A stretch of DNA of 64,000 nt from an uncultured Actinomycetes bacterium (GTDB lineage Bacteria > Actinomycetota > Thermoleophilia > UBA2241): contig CAVWIH010000034.1 in NCBI GenBank assembly GCA_963755025.1, forward strand, positions 128,001 through 192,000. Direction: 5' to 3'. The translations under genes and the position numbers were made by a program. This document shows, one piece after another, positions 30,201 through 39,893 of this stretch (position 1 is the first letter of the stretch; each line of letters opens with the position of its first letter). Below the pieces are notes generated by a model, which had not been told where the DNA came from, did no database searches, and saw nothing but the letters and a program-made list of their open reading frames with translations.

Positions 30201-31165
30201 GACAGCGTGTTGTAGTACTGGTCGGCGAACTCGCCGCTCGGGTCGTGCTGGCAGAACTTGACCTGCTGGCCGAGCAGATCGCTCAAGTCGATCACGCAGG
30301 TGCCGTCGGCGTCCGTCGTCGCCGACCTGATCACGTGCCCGTCACTCGCCGAGAGCACTTGTATCTCGATGCCCGGCAGCCAGGCGCCGTCGATGTCCTG
30401 GGCCCAGGCGGTCAGGGTGACCGGCTCGCGGGTGAGCGTCGCGTCGACGCCGGTCTTCACGTCGCCGTCGTTCACGGCCATGAAGGTCGCGTCCGACCCG
30501 GAGGCCGCGTTCGGATAGTAGACCTCGTCGTAGCTGCCGGCGCAGTAATACCGGAGGGCGTACGTGCCCGGCGGCACCGTCAGGTCGTAGGTGCCGTCGC
30601 TCGCGGTGGTGGTGTAGTAGTCGCTCGCTACCAGGCCGTCGTCGCCGAGGGTGCAGGCGGTGACCTGGACCGTGCTCACCGGGTCGCCCGTGGTGCCGTC
30701 GAAGACGGTGCCCTGAAAGTGCGCCTGGGGTGAGCGCTGCATGACAAAGTCGACGCCGTCCACGTTGGTGTCGCCTACGGTGATCGTGTCGGCCGAGGCG
30801 AAGTCGGGCTCGTCGTTGTAGTACTGGGTCACGTGAAAGTCCGCTATGCAGCTGAGCTTGCAGTCGCCGGGGCCCATGGCCATGGCGTAGGCGCCGGTGT
30901 CGTCGGTGTAGACGTAGCCGCCCCAGACGCCGTTCGAGTCCTGAGCATGGACCGTCGCCCAGGCGATGGGGTCGCCCGTGACGGCGTCGGTCACGCGGCC
31001 CGAAACGAGTCCGGCGAGGGCGCTGCTCGGGCCGACGAGCGCCGCCAGCGCGAGCGTCGCGAACAGCGCGAGAGTCAGCAGCAGCCGCAGGTGGCGCCGG
31101 TCGGGACCGGGAGGCAGTGACCGCCTGAGATGCCGGTCGAGAACGCGCGTGCGCCGATCAGACAT
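27233..31165 (-). CDS. Large secreted/surface protein: carboxypeptidase-regulatory-like repeats, FG-GAP propeller, Ig-like domains
   Basis: Signal peptide; repeated SGRVTD/GTVFD...QYYN modules; FGDSVALSGDTLLVGAP repeats; DGSFTYAPTPGFVGTDQFTY Ig-like motif. Confidence 0.8.
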   Translation of the reverse strand: MSDRRTRVLDRHLRRSLPPGPDRRHLRLLLTLALFATLALAALVGPSSALAGLVSGRVTDAVTGDPIAWATVHAQDSNGVWGGYVYTDDTGAYAMAMGPGDCKLSCIADFHVTQYYNDEPDFASADTITVGDTNVDGVDFVMQRSPQAHFQGTVFDGTTGDPVSTVQVTACTLGDDGLVASDYYTTTASDGTYDLTVPPGTYALRYYCAGSYDEVYYPNAASGSDATFMAVNDGDVKTGVDATLTREPVTLTAWAQDIDGAWLPGIEIQVLSASDGHVIRSATTDADGTCVIDLSDLLGQQVKFCQHDPSGEFADQYYNTLSTGAPTFAQAVTVTPTLGGLYYCETHLYNQSPGEIKGRTLDAKGDPVGGIPVWLSCVTSTNYGVQTVSDASGDYDFPGLHVSRATSFLVEFDATDYFGTYLPQYYNGKFTATDATRVPLAPGQTLTLDSSLYKRCRVGGVVTDANGPVKEIAVTLYDQGDNVVSTQTTPSNGAYLFTDLQPGDYRIGYHDQSTVDPNALPVYHDQFSGGAATLDAATPIHLDGIDTATVTANVQLVPWGGILAQVDSSLEPYGQLSDVDVTLYDSWGEPLATSDGLNDEGGSVSYGYLFKYLDYGTYYLGVNDPGDTYFPVFFDNAATLAKATKIVLTAAASKSTPTIYVTPVRGVAPDTGALPDGSTTVPSVHLGIKAAAIASDGATTLIGGHGAGSQSGTYVYGLGDAGWAQLQLLDVPGDAVAVDGDVAVATVAGGLAADDPGVGRAYVYRRIAGVWTLEANLGPDDGDHGGGFGDSVALSGDTLLVGAPYAYSDTSSRAGAAYVFVHQADGSWSQQAKITPGTGSGAAFGLHVALDGDRALVSRGGTDGTDGSVAVFERSGTTWQQTGQLVAGDPGPTTLYGAALALQGDTALVGDPGQFGDTGAAFVFQKSSSGWSQTARLAAADGQPDDQFGASLALQGDEALVGAPDRGITVTGTRSGSAYLFRLEDGVWYQDTDMEPAAATPASYYGDAVALAGRDLFVGAPGELRSNGVAGRVEIYSPYVTDRDVPLVVDASRGLLINDCSPEGGALTVGSNTQPAHGVVVVNADGSFTYAPTPGFVGTDQFTYQALGLSGWLSGATTVTLTVRDTSDPTLGTSGVPTGWVHVAPSVTLSAHDDTSVSATEYRVAANALWRAYGAPIKVTSQGVSTYGVRSRDVFGNATVGSFVVKLDTRRPTPKARYAATVRRGGYCGLRYEIADPTPGSPTATVKIVIVNARGRQVWATTRGSRSVNKNLICSFRCELARGAYRFWVYATDAAGNVQTRAASNRLTVK

Positions 31166-31400
31166 GCCAACCCCCCGGTGTGCGTCAAACCCAGAACCTG
31201 ACTAGATTCAGCCATACTAGTACGTCGAGAAGCGCGCCGCCGCCTCGCTGCACGGACTCGCTTTGAGATATCGGCAGTTGGCGCCGGTCTTGCGACTTTC
31301 TCGCGGCGCGTGCCGGCCCGCTTGCCTTCCGCGCGCGCATCCGGAACTCTTCAGAGGCCTTCGGGCAAGGACAGGGTGAGGATGCAGTCGACCCTGGGAG

Positions 31401-32114
31401 GTGGGTGTGCAGGATAGCCCCGACAGCGACGCCGACGTCATGCGCGCGTCGATCGCCGACCCGGCGCGGTTCCAGACCCTGTTCGAACGGCATTTCGAGC
31501 TCATCTTCAGGTACGCGGGCCGGCGGCTCGGCCGCCAGGCGGCCGAGGACGTGTCGGCCGAGGTGTTCCTCAAGGCCTTCGAGGCTCGCGGCCGCTACGA
31601 CTTCAGCTACTCCGACGCGCGGCCCTGGCTGTTCGGCATCGCCGCGAACGTCATGCGGCGCTCGCTGCGCACCGAGGGCCGGCGCCTGCGGGCGCTGGCG
31701 CGCGAACCCAGGCGGCCGGCCGGCGCCCTTGACGAGGCGCTTGAGCGCCTCGACTCTCAGGCGACCGACCGGCGGCTCGCCGGCGCCCTCGCCGCCCTGC
31801 GCGCCGACGAGCGAGAGGCGCTGCTCCTGGTGGCCTGGGCCGACCTCACCTACGACGAGGTCGCCCGCGCCCTCGGCATTCCGGTAGGCACCGTGCGCTC
31901 GCGGCTGCACCGGGCTCGCGCGCGGATGGGCAAGGAGCTCGGCGGCAGCGAGCTGGGCGCCGGCGAGCGTGGCGGCCCAGTGGCAGCGGCGCGCCGAAGC
32001 GACCGCGGCGGCTCGCCCGCGGCCACGCGCCGCACTCACGACTACGACACGCTCATGACGGCGCCCCAGCCGGTCGCCCTGAAGGAGGACATTCCGTGGA
32101 CGACATCGATCTGA
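31401..32114 (+). CDS. ECF RNA polymerase sigma factor
   Basis: AEDVSAEVFLKAF, ARPWLFGIA, LTYDEVARALGIPVGTVRSRLHRAR. Confidence 0.9.
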   Translation: MGVQDSPDSDADVMRASIADPARFQTLFERHFELIFRYAGRRLGRQAAEDVSAEVFLKAFEARGRYDFSYSDARPWLFGIAANVMRRSLRTEGRRLRALAREPRRPAGALDEALERLDSQATDRRLAGALAALRADEREALLLVAWADLTYDEVARALGIPVGTVRSRLHRARARMGKELGGSELGAGERGGPVAAARRSDRGGSPAATRRTHDYDTLMTAPQPVALKEDIPWTTSI

Positions 32115-33190
32115 TCCGCGAGTACGGCAGCGAGTTTCGCAGCCCCGACGCCGACGAGACGGCGCGGGTGCGGGAGACGGTGATGGAGCGCGTGCAGGCG
32201 GCCGACGCAGGGCCGGCGGCCGGGCGTGCGGGCGGCGCCGCGCCCAAGCCGGCGCTGCCCCGCCGCGGCGCCCGACGGCGCTGGATCGCGGTGAGCGGCG
32301 TGGCTGCCGCGGCCGCCGCGGCCGCCTTCATCGTGCCGGCGCTGCTCGGTAACTCGCCGGTCGACGGCGTGCAGAGCGCCGCCGCGGCGGCGCTGTCGAA
32401 GGTGGCGACCGTGGCTGCACACCAGCAGTCGGCGGCGCCGGTGGCGGGCCAGTTCGTCTACACCAAGACGCAGGCGGTCTGGGAGTCGACCACCTACGGC
32501 GTCGGCGCCAAGGCGTCGGCCTCGTCGGCGAGCTCGCCCACCCCGGCGCCCTCGGAGGCGTCGTACTCGGTCCTCATGCCGGTCACCCGGCAGGCCTGGA
32601 TAGGCACCGACGGCAGCGGCCGCCTGCTCGAGACCGACGGCACGCCGACGTTCCTGACTGCGCACGACAAGGCCGTCTGGGAGGCCGCGGGGCGCCCCAG
32701 CCTCGGGGCCGGCAAGACCTACGACGAGAAGTACGGCAAGGGCGGCCTGGGCTATCTCGACTTGAGCAAGCTGCCGACCGACGTCACAACGCTGCGCACC
32801 ATGATCGTCGATCGCAAGATCGAGAGCGGTCCGGCGGGCGACGCCGAGACCTTCACCATCATCGGCGACCTGCTGCGCGAGACCTACGCGCCGCCGGCGC
32901 TGCGCGCGGCGCTCTACCAGATCGCGTCGGGGCTGCCCGGCGTCGAGCTGATCGGCACGGTCAAAGACGAGGCCGGGCGCACCGGCACCGCCGTGGCCTA
33001 CCCGACCGGCAACGGCTACCGCAACGAGCTCATCTTCGACCCCACGACGGCCGCGCTCCTCGGCGAGAAGTCGGTCGTGGTCGACTCGGCCGAGGTCAAC
33101 CCGCACCTGCCCAACGGCACGGTGATGGGCTGGTCGGTCTACCTCAGCTCGGGCGTCGTCGACTCGACCTCGCAGACGCCGCAGCAGTAG
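32096..33190 (+). CDS. CU044_5270-like membrane protein (putative anti-sigma partner)
   Basis: Overlaps the ECF sigma gene; single TM; GQFVYT, LPTD, PPALRAALY, DEAGRTG, LIFDPTT motifs. Confidence 0.75.
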   Translation: MDDIDLIREYGSEFRSPDADETARVRETVMERVQAADAGPAAGRAGGAAPKPALPRRGARRRWIAVSGVAAAAAAAAFIVPALLGNSPVDGVQSAAAAALSKVATVAAHQQSAAPVAGQFVYTKTQAVWESTTYGVGAKASASSASSPTPAPSEASYSVLMPVTRQAWIGTDGSGRLLETDGTPTFLTAHDKAVWEAAGRPSLGAGKTYDEKYGKGGLGYLDLSKLPTDVTTLRTMIVDRKIESGPAGDAETFTIIGDLLRETYAPPALRAALYQIASGLPGVELIGTVKDEAGRTGTAVAYPTGNGYRNELIFDPTTAALLGEKSVVVDSAEVNPHLPNGTVMGWSVYLSSGVVDSTSQTPQQ

Positions 33191-33197
33191 TGCGAGT

Positions 33198-33222
33198 GCG
33201 GGCGGGTCTGAGACCCGCCCGC
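33198..33222. terminator. Hairpin between convergent genes
   Basis: GCGGGCGGGTC-TGA-GACCCGCCCGC. Confidence 0.6.
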
Positions 33223-33278
33223 CCGCCTCGCGCTCTCACGGCGCCGCGCCGCGTGCCTTCCGCGCCCTTGCCCCGCAC

Positions 33279-33767
33279 TCAGGCCGCCTCGACCTCGCCC
33301 GCCTCGGTGAACAGGCCGGGCAGAAACTGGATGTAGGCCTCGGGCGCGCTCAGCTGCGGTGCGTCGCAGAAGCTGAGGACGCTCTTCAGGTGCTGCTGGG
33401 CGACGGCGGTGCCGATCTTGCCGATCGAGGCGCCGATCATGGCGGTCGGCTTGCGGGCGAACGAGTTCATGCCCCAGGGGCGGCTCGCCCAGTCGATGGC
33501 GTTCTTGAGCGCGCCGGGCAGGCTGCGGTTGTACTCGGGCGTCACGAACAACACGGCATCGACCGAGCCGAGCAGCTCTTTGAGCGCGCGCGCCTCGGGC
33601 GGGTAGTCGGGGTCGTAGTCGGGGCTGTAGAGCGGCAGGTTGCCGATGGGCACCTCGACGAACTCGAGGTCGCGCGGCGCCACCCTGATCAATGCCTTCG
33701 AGAGAACGCGGTTGATCGAGGTCGACGACAGGCTGCCGACAAGGTAGCCCACCCGGTACGTCTTCAT
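33279..33767 (-). CDS. NADPH-dependent FMN reductase (ChrR-like), C-terminus looks short
   Basis: GSLSSTSIN, TPEYNRSLPGALKNAIDWASRP, PEAYIQ; AGGAGGAG RBS. Confidence 0.85.
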   Translation of the reverse strand: MKTYRVGYLVGSLSSTSINRVLSKALIRVAPRDLEFVEVPIGNLPLYSPDYDPDYPPEARALKELLGSVDAVLFVTPEYNRSLPGALKNAIDWASRPWGMNSFARKPTAMIGASIGKIGTAVAQQHLKSVLSFCDAPQLSAPEAYIQFLPGLFTEAGEVEAA

Positions 33768-33879
33768 GACTCCTCCTGTCCTCTGATCAAGCGGCCACCG
33801 CGCGGCGACGCGCCCGAGCCGCGGCCACGCGCCGTACTGCGCTCACGCGCCCTCGCCGCGGCCACGCGCCGTACCGCGC

Positions 33880-34722
33880 TCACGCGGCCATGTCGCGGCG
33901 GGCTTCGGAGCTCGTGGGAGCCACGCGCTCGGCCAGGAACTCCTCCCACGTGCGGCGGCCCACGGCCCTGTCGGGAGCCAGGTTGGCCCCGGCGCGCAGC
34001 GCCTTGGCGGCCTCTCCCGGCACCCAGACCGGCACCATCGTGCGTTCCACGCCGCGCGCCCGCAGGTAGGCGCGCAGCAGGTCGTCGACCCCGTAGATGT
34101 GCGGGCCGGCGACGTCGGGCACGAGCCCGGCCGGCGGGGCCAGGGCGAGCTCGACGAGCCGCTCGGCGACCTCGCCGGCGTCGATCGGCTGGAACCGCAT
34201 GCCCGACGGTACCGGCAGCACCGGCAGCCTCGCCATCTGTCGGGCGACCGTCAGGAGCAGGTCGTGGAACTGCGTGGCCCGCAGGGTCGTCCACGGCAGA
34301 CCGCACTCCGCGACGACTCGCTCGGCCGCCTGCTTGACACCGAAGTAGCCGAACACGGCGCGGTCGAAGCCGCTCACCACCGGCACGCGGTCGGCGCCCA
34401 CCACCGAGATGTAGACGAGGTGGCGCACGCCGGCCCGTGAGGCGGCCTGCGCCAAGGTGCGGGTCGCGTCGTCGTCGCCCTTTCTGCCGCCGGCGCAGTG
34501 CACGATGATCTGCGCGCCGTCGACCGCGGCTTCAACCCCTGCGCCGGTCGCCAGGTCGCCGACGACGTACTCGACGCCCTTGTCAGAAGGATGGCCGCCC
34601 CGGCTGAGCACCCGCGTCGTGCGGTCGGCGTCGCGCAGGCGTGCGACCACGTGGCTGCCGAGTGTGCCGGTGCCGCCGGTAACGAGGATCGAATGGACCA
34701 GTACCCATCGCGCCACCTCCAT
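33880..34722 (-). CDS. NAD(P)H-binding SDR/NmrA-like oxidoreductase
   Basis: ILVTGGTGTLG, HLVYISVVG, LRATQFH; exact start uncertain. Confidence 0.82.
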   Translation of the reverse strand: MEVARWVLVHSILVTGGTGTLGSHVVARLRDADRTTRVLSRGGHPSDKGVEYVVGDLATGAGVEAAVDGAQIIVHCAGGRKGDDDATRTLAQAASRAGVRHLVYISVVGADRVPVVSGFDRAVFGYFGVKQAAERVVAECGLPWTTLRATQFHDLLLTVARQMARLPVLPVPSGMRFQPIDAGEVAERLVELALAPPAGLVPDVAGPHIYGVDDLLRAYLRARGVERTMVPVWVPGEAAKALRAGANLAPDRAVGRRTWEEFLAERVAPTSSEARRDMAA

Positions 34723-34821
34723 CCGTATCGAGAGTCTCCTCGGAGTCGAAGTCTCGGCGGCGGGCGGGGCGAGGGGCAAAAGCCCCTCGCCCCGCCGCCG
34801 CGTCACGCAGCGCTCAGGCCC

Positions 34822-35250
34822 TCAGGCCGCCATCGGCATCTGCATCAGGCCGATCTGCGTGAGCATCCCCATGACGTCGAGCTGGCCCCAATGCTCGGCG
34901 ATGCGGCCGTCCCGCGCATGGATGATGTCGATCGCCTCCCACGTGGCGGTCTTGCCGGTGGGCGCCATGCCCATGAAAGGCCCGGTGTTGGTGCCCGTCC
35001 AGGTGCTGCGAGCGCACACCTGGTCGCCTACGCCGAAGGCTTCGTCGATCGTGATCCGAAGATCGGGAAAGCCCGTGCGGATCATGGTGACGATGTCCTT
35101 CACGCCCTCGCGCCCCGACCGCACGCCGGGCGCCGGCTCGTGTTCCTGAAAGTCGTCGGTGAGACACTCGTCGATGACGCTCATGTCACCGTCGGCGAAC
35201 GCACCCAGAGTCACGCGCCGGAACAGCTCTACGTTTTCGCTCTCGCTCAT
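34822..35250 (-). CDS. SnoaL-like ester cyclase
   Basis: GFPDL, GTNTGPFMGMAPTGK, DGRIAEHWG; GAGGTG RBS. Confidence 0.88.
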   Translation of the reverse strand: MSESENVELFRRVTLGAFADGDMSVIDECLTDDFQEHEPAPGVRSGREGVKDIVTMIRTGFPDLRITIDEAFGVGDQVCARSTWTGTNTGPFMGMAPTGKTATWEAIDIIHARDGRIAEHWGQLDVMGMLTQIGLMQMPMAA

Positions 35251-35316
35251 GTGGGTCACCTCTGCGACCTGCCTGGTCGCCTCGTCGGTTGCCGTCAGCG
35301 ACGGCCGCATCGGACG

Positions 35317-35410
35317 GCCGCATCGCTTTACGCGGGCGTGCCGCATCGCTTTACGCGGGCGTGCCGCATCGCTTTACGCGGGCGTGCCGCACCGCTTTAC
35401 GCGGGCGTGC
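35317..35410. repeat. Tandem repeat, 4 x 23 bp
   Basis: Unit GCCGCATCGCTTTACGCGGGCGT, contiguous, one variant copy. Confidence 0.9.
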
Positions 35411-35607
35411 TCGGCCCTCAGATTCGGGGTACCCGGCCCACTGCCGCCCCCAACCGATGGGGGTCTGCTGGCGAGAGACGGGCGGCAGCGCAACGGCCGC
35501 AGTGGCCGGCCCCTGCCTGGCCTCGGCCCTTGCGGCGAGCGGGGGCGGCTAGCTTCGGGCGCGCCGGGCAGTGGCTAGCTTCGGGCGCGCCCGGGTACCT
35601 GCCAAAG

Positions 35608-37102
35608 GTGTGCGGTGTGTTCGGCATCTACGCCCCCGGCCTCGACGTCGCGCGGCTCACGTTCTTCGGCCTGTACGCGTTGCAGCACCGCGGCCAGGAG
35701 AGCGCCGGCATCGCCGTGGCCGACGACGGCCAGATCACGGCCGTCAGGGACATGGGCCTGGTGGCGCAGGTCTTCGACGAACGCACCCTCGCCAGCCTCA
35801 GCGGCCAGGCCGCCATCGGCCATGTGCGTTACTCGACGACAGGCTCGACGAGCTGGCAGAACGCGCAGCCGCTGATGGCGTCGGCCGACGGCGTGAGCGT
35901 GGCCGTCGGGCAGAACGGCAACCTGGTGAACGCCGGCGAGCTGCGCGCCGAGCTGCGCGCCGCCGGCACGCGGTTCGACGGCACGACCGACACCGAGCTG
36001 ATCGCCGCGCTGATCGTGTGCCGGGGCTCAGGGCGCGGGCGGCTTGGATCGGGGCTCGGATGGCGGCCCGGCCACCGGTGACGCCGTCGATCGCCTCCGC
36101 CGACGGCCCTGCCGCCGATGGCTTGGGCGCCGGCGGCCTCGACGCCGCCGTGCGCGCCGCGGTCCTGCAGCATGCGCGGCGCGTTCTCGGTGACGGTGCT
36201 CGCGCCGCACGCCCTGTATGCGTTCCGCGACCCGCGCGGCATCCGCCCGCTCGCCCTGGGCGACCTGGACGGCAATCCCGTTGTGGCCAGCGAGAGCTGC
36301 GCCTTCGACATCATCGGCGCCCAGTTCGTGCGCGAGGTCGAGCCGGGCGAGATCATCAAGATCGACGAGCACGGCTTGCGCAGCGAGCGCGTGGCGGTCG
36401 GCGGGCGCGCGCCCGGCCCTGGACATCTTCGAGTTCGTCTACTTCGCGCGCCCCGACTCGCGCCTGTACGGCCGCACGCTGGCCGCGGCCCGCGAGGAGA
36501 TGGGGCAGCGCCTGGCGCGCGAGGCGCCGGCCGACGACGACCTCGTCATGCCCGTGCCCGAGTCGGGCGTGCCGGCGGCCATCGGCTACGCGCGGCAGAG
36601 CGGCATCCCCTACGGCGAGGGGCTCATCAAGAACCACTACGTGCACCGCACCTTCATCCAGCCCGACCAGCACCTGCGCCAGCTCGGCATCCGCATGAAG
36701 CTGAACCCCGTGCCCGCGCTCATTCGGGGCAAGCGCCTGGTCGTGGTCGACGACTCGATCGTGCGCGGCAACACGATGGGCCGGCTCGTCGCGCTGCTCA
36801 AAGAGGCGGGCGCGGCCGAGGTGCACGTGCGGGTGAGTTCGCCGCCGGTGGTCTGCCCGTCGTTCTACGGCATCGACACGCCGAGCGCCGCCGAGCTGAT
36901 CGCCGCCGGCCGCGACGTCGACGAGGTGCGCCGGCTGCTCGGCGCCACCTCGCTGAGCTACCTCTCGCTCGAGGGACTGCAGCGCGCCATCGGCCTGCCC
37001 GCCGAGCTGTTCACTCGCGAGGGCTTTACCTGCGAGTACCCCGTGCCCGTTCCCGAACAAGCGGAGGCGGGCAAGCTGCGCTTCGAGCGCGGCGCGGCCT
37101 GA
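35608..37102 (+). CDS. purF: Amidophosphoribosyltransferase (frameshifts near 36020-36170 and 36410)
   Basis: MCGVFG, LQHRGQESAGI, GHVRYST, RDPRGIRPL, FEFVYFARPDS, VVVDDSIVRGNT. Confidence 0.9.
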
Positions 37103-37192
37103 GGGCGCTCGCGGACGGCTGCGCGATCACGACCGCGGGCACGAAGACCGCGCCACGCGACCGCCACAGGCGGCCGCGGACACCGAGAAAGG

Positions 37193-38077
37193 ATGGCAGC
37201 GACCATGGAAGCCGGATTCCTCTCAAACGAGTCGCCCGTCGACGCCGGGCGAGTGAACGCCAACGGCATCGACTACTACTACGAGATCCAGGGCGAGGGC
37301 GAGCCGCTGCTCGTGCTGCACGGCGGGCTCGGCTCGATCGACCTGTTCGGACCGAGCCCCGCCCTGCGCGCCGCCGGCCGCCAGCTGATCGCCGTCGACC
37401 TGCACGGCCACGGCCGCACGCCCCTCGGCGACCGGCCTATCAGCCTGACCGACATGGGCGACGACATGGCGGTGATCCTGCAGCAGCTCGGCTACCTCCA
37501 GGTCGACGCCATCGGCTACTCGCTGGGCGCCGGCGTCGCCTTCCGACTCGCCGTGCAGCACCCCGAGCTGGTGCGCCGCCTGGTGCTGGTCTCGGCCGGC
37601 TTCAGCCAGGACGGCTTCTTCGCCGAGATGATCGCCCAACAGGCGCAGATGAGCGGCGCCATCGCCGACCGCATGATGGAAACGCCGTTGTACACGTCGT
37701 ACGCGGCGATCGCGCCGCACCCCGAGGAGTTCCCGCAGGCTGCTCGACCGCATGGGCGAGCTCATGCGGCAGCCTTACGACTACACGAGGACGCCAAGAG
37801 CCTGCGCATGCCGGTCATGCTCGTCTACGGCGACAGCGACATGTTCCGCCCCGAGCACATGGTCGAGTTCTACCACCTGCTGGGCGGCGGGCTGCGCGAC
37901 GCCGGCTGGCTGCGCGAGAACATGGCGCAGAACCGGCTCGCCATTCTTCCCGGTCAGACGCACTACGACATTTTCACGTCGGCGGCGCTGGTGCCGACGG
38001 TGCTGCCGTTCCTGAACGGGGAGATGGGCGCGAGCGGCGCGGGGAGTGGGGCGGAGCAGGCCGAACGGGCGGCGTAG
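37193..38077 (+). CDS. Alpha/beta hydrolase (short compensated frameshift near 37740-37790)
   Basis: VLHGGLG, DLHGHGRT, GYSLG nucleophile elbow, GDSD, THY. Confidence 0.85.
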   Translation: MAATMEAGFLSNESPVDAGRVNANGIDYYYEIQGEGEPLLVLHGGLGSIDLFGPSPALRAAGRQLIAVDLHGHGRTPLGDRPISLTDMGDDMAVILQQLGYLQVDAIGYSLGAGVAFRLAVQHPELVRRLVLVSAGFSQDGFFAEMIAQQAQMSGAIADRMMETPLYTSYAAIAPHPEEFPQAARPHGRAHAAALRLHEDAKSLRMPVMLVYGDSDMFRPEHMVEFYHLLGGGLRDAGWLRENMAQNRLAILPGQTHYDIFTSAALVPTVLPFLNGEMGASGAGSGAEQAERAA

Positions 38078-38089
38078 GGGCTTTGCTCG

Positions 38090-38136
38090 GAGGTGGGGTA
38101 GAGGACGCACGCGTCGAGGAGCGCGATCCACCCCAC
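38090..38136 (-). pseudogene. Truncated N-terminus of a PIN-domain toxin
   Basis: GTG 2 nt after the excisionase stop reads MGWIALLDACVLYPT, then similarity is lost at the convergent hydrolase gene. Confidence 0.55.
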
Positions 38137-38138
38137 GG

Positions 38139-38613
38139 TCAGTAGTCCAGGCCGTACTCAGCCGATTTGTTCGTGAGGTCGCGCAGCGCCTTGCGGCGTT
38201 CGGCGTCGCGCACATCGCGGTACCTCGCGAGATCCTCGAAATAGATACGTCGGTGAGCACCCGTTTTGTGAAAAGGAATGTCGCCCGCGTCGAGGAGCTT
38301 GACCAGATGGGGCCGCGAGACGCTGAGCAGGTCGGCGGCCTGTTGCGTCGTGAGCTCGTGGTGCACGGGGATGATTGAGACCGCGTTTCCTTGCGACATG
38401 GCGGCGACCGCTTGCACGAGCACCTTGTAGATGGATGTTGGAATCTCGAGCGTCTCGCCGTTCGGCGAGACGAGCGAAGCCCGTTTGGTGGTGCTGATAC
38501 GCTGCGCCTCCATGAACGAGAACAGCTTCCGGACAGAGTCGGTCTCGCGCTTGTCGGGAGCAATCGGGGTTTGGCACTGTTCGACAGTGCTCGGCGTCAG
38601 TGCACGCTTCCAT
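38139..38613 (-). CDS. Excisionase-family HTH_17 DNA-binding protein (antitoxin-type); start uncertain
   Basis: GNAVSIIPVHHELTTQQAADLLSVSRPHLVKLLDAGDIPFHKTGAHRRI. Confidence 0.85.
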
Positions 38614-38844
38614 CTCAGTCTCCCGGTGAGAGTGCTTACGATCGGGATTCTAGCACTAAACGAAATAAACGAAACACGAAGAGGCGTCGGAACGGGGTGA
38701 CGTTTTCTTGAGCTCAGGCGGGCGCGTGAGCGTGGCCCATCGCGCGGGCTGACGTCCGAGATGCTGCCCTGCTGGCCGCGCCTCCGCAGCGTCTTGGGCA
38801 TGAGGCGGCGCCAGGCCATCTCGTGGCGCCTCCGCCACCCTTCG

Positions 38845-38880
38845 TTGTCAACTTGACCAGTTCTGGTCATACTGTGACCA
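38845..38880 (+). promoter_or_regulatory. Promoter with operator palindrome for the TA operon, predicted leaderless mRNA
   Basis: TTGTCA(38845)-17 bp-CATACT(38868); TGACCAG-TT-CTGGTCA at 38854-69; ATG 6 nt after the -10. Confidence 0.65.
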
Positions 38881-39251
38881 TGGAACGCGTGACCGTAGCC
38901 CAGCTCAAGTCCAGGCTCAGCTACTACCTGCGCGAGGTACGCGCCGGCAGGTCGTACACGGTCGTGAGTCGCGACATCCCCGTGGCGACGCTCGGGCCGC
39001 ACGGCACCGTCGACGACGACGGCCTCGTCTCCATCCCGGCCGACCCGTCGGCTCCCTCCCTTTCGGCCCCCGTGATCGGCAGGGCGGCCGACGCCCCCGA
39101 CGCCGTCGAGCTCATCCGCGAGGGACGGGCGGACAGTGCGGATCCGCCGGCCTTGTCCGGCAGGGGCGCCGGTGGCGACCGCGACCCAAGCGCCGGTCCG
39201 GGTACCGGGCAACGGACCGCTCGCGCCGACCGGGGCGACGACGCCGGGTGA
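38880..39251 (+). CDS. Phd/YefM family antitoxin
   Basis: MERVTVAQLKSRLSYYLREVRAG...RDIPVA. Confidence 0.85.
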   Translation: MERVTVAQLKSRLSYYLREVRAGRSYTVVSRDIPVATLGPHGTVDDDGLVSIPADPSAPSLSAPVIGRAADAPDAVELIREGRADSADPPALSGRGAGGDRDPSAGPGTGQRTARADRGDDAG

Positions 39252-39663
39252 TCGCCTACGTCGACTCTTCGGTGTTCTTACGCTTCGTGCTCGAGCAACC
39301 CGACCGGTTGACCAAGCTCGACGTCTACGACCGCTTGGTCACGTCGGTCCTTGCCGAGGTCGAGTGTCTACGTGCGGTCGAGAACCTGCGCCTGACGCGC
39401 CCCATGGCGGACGACGAGTATCTGGCTCGGCGCCGGGGCGTCTACGACAAGCTGCGGCGGGCCGAACGGGTCTTCATCACGCCGAGATCCTCGCGCGTGC
39501 GTCGGGGCCTTTGCCCGGCTCGCTGCGTACGCTCGACGCCATCCACCTGGCGACCGGCCTCGAATGGCGCGGCCACCGCGAGCCCTCGCTTTCGTTCGCG
39601 ACGCACGACACGAGGCTGGCCGGCGTTGCCGCGGCCTTCGGCTTCGAAGTCATCGGGGCCTGA
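39248..39663 (+). CDS. vapC: VapC PIN-domain toxin, frameshift near 39480
   Basis: YVDSSV...LAEVE; second frame LRTLDAIHLAT...ATHDTRL; GTGA overlap with the antitoxin gene. Confidence 0.82.
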
Positions 39664-39893
39664 GCTCGCACCTCTCGGGGAACAGCGTGAAAGCTATTTG
39701 CGCTTCAGCCAGGCTTGTTGCGTTCGAGTGCGCGGCCGTGGCGCTCGCGGTGCAGTCGACTGGAGGTTGGGTGGTGGACGTTTGCCTATGATCATTGACG
39801 GTTCGCCGGGCCATTCAGATACTGACGACGCGGCTTCGTTCGTCCGGTCCGACCGGCGTACAATCTCCGGCAGGCGACTGCCGGAGGCGAAAG

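Noticed and set aside
35317-35410. CRISPR array
   Set aside because: Contiguous 23-bp tandem repeat without spacers
38139-38613. Prophage or ICE suggested by the excisionase-like gene
   Set aside because: No integrase, att sites or phage genes; this HTH_17 type pairs with PIN toxins
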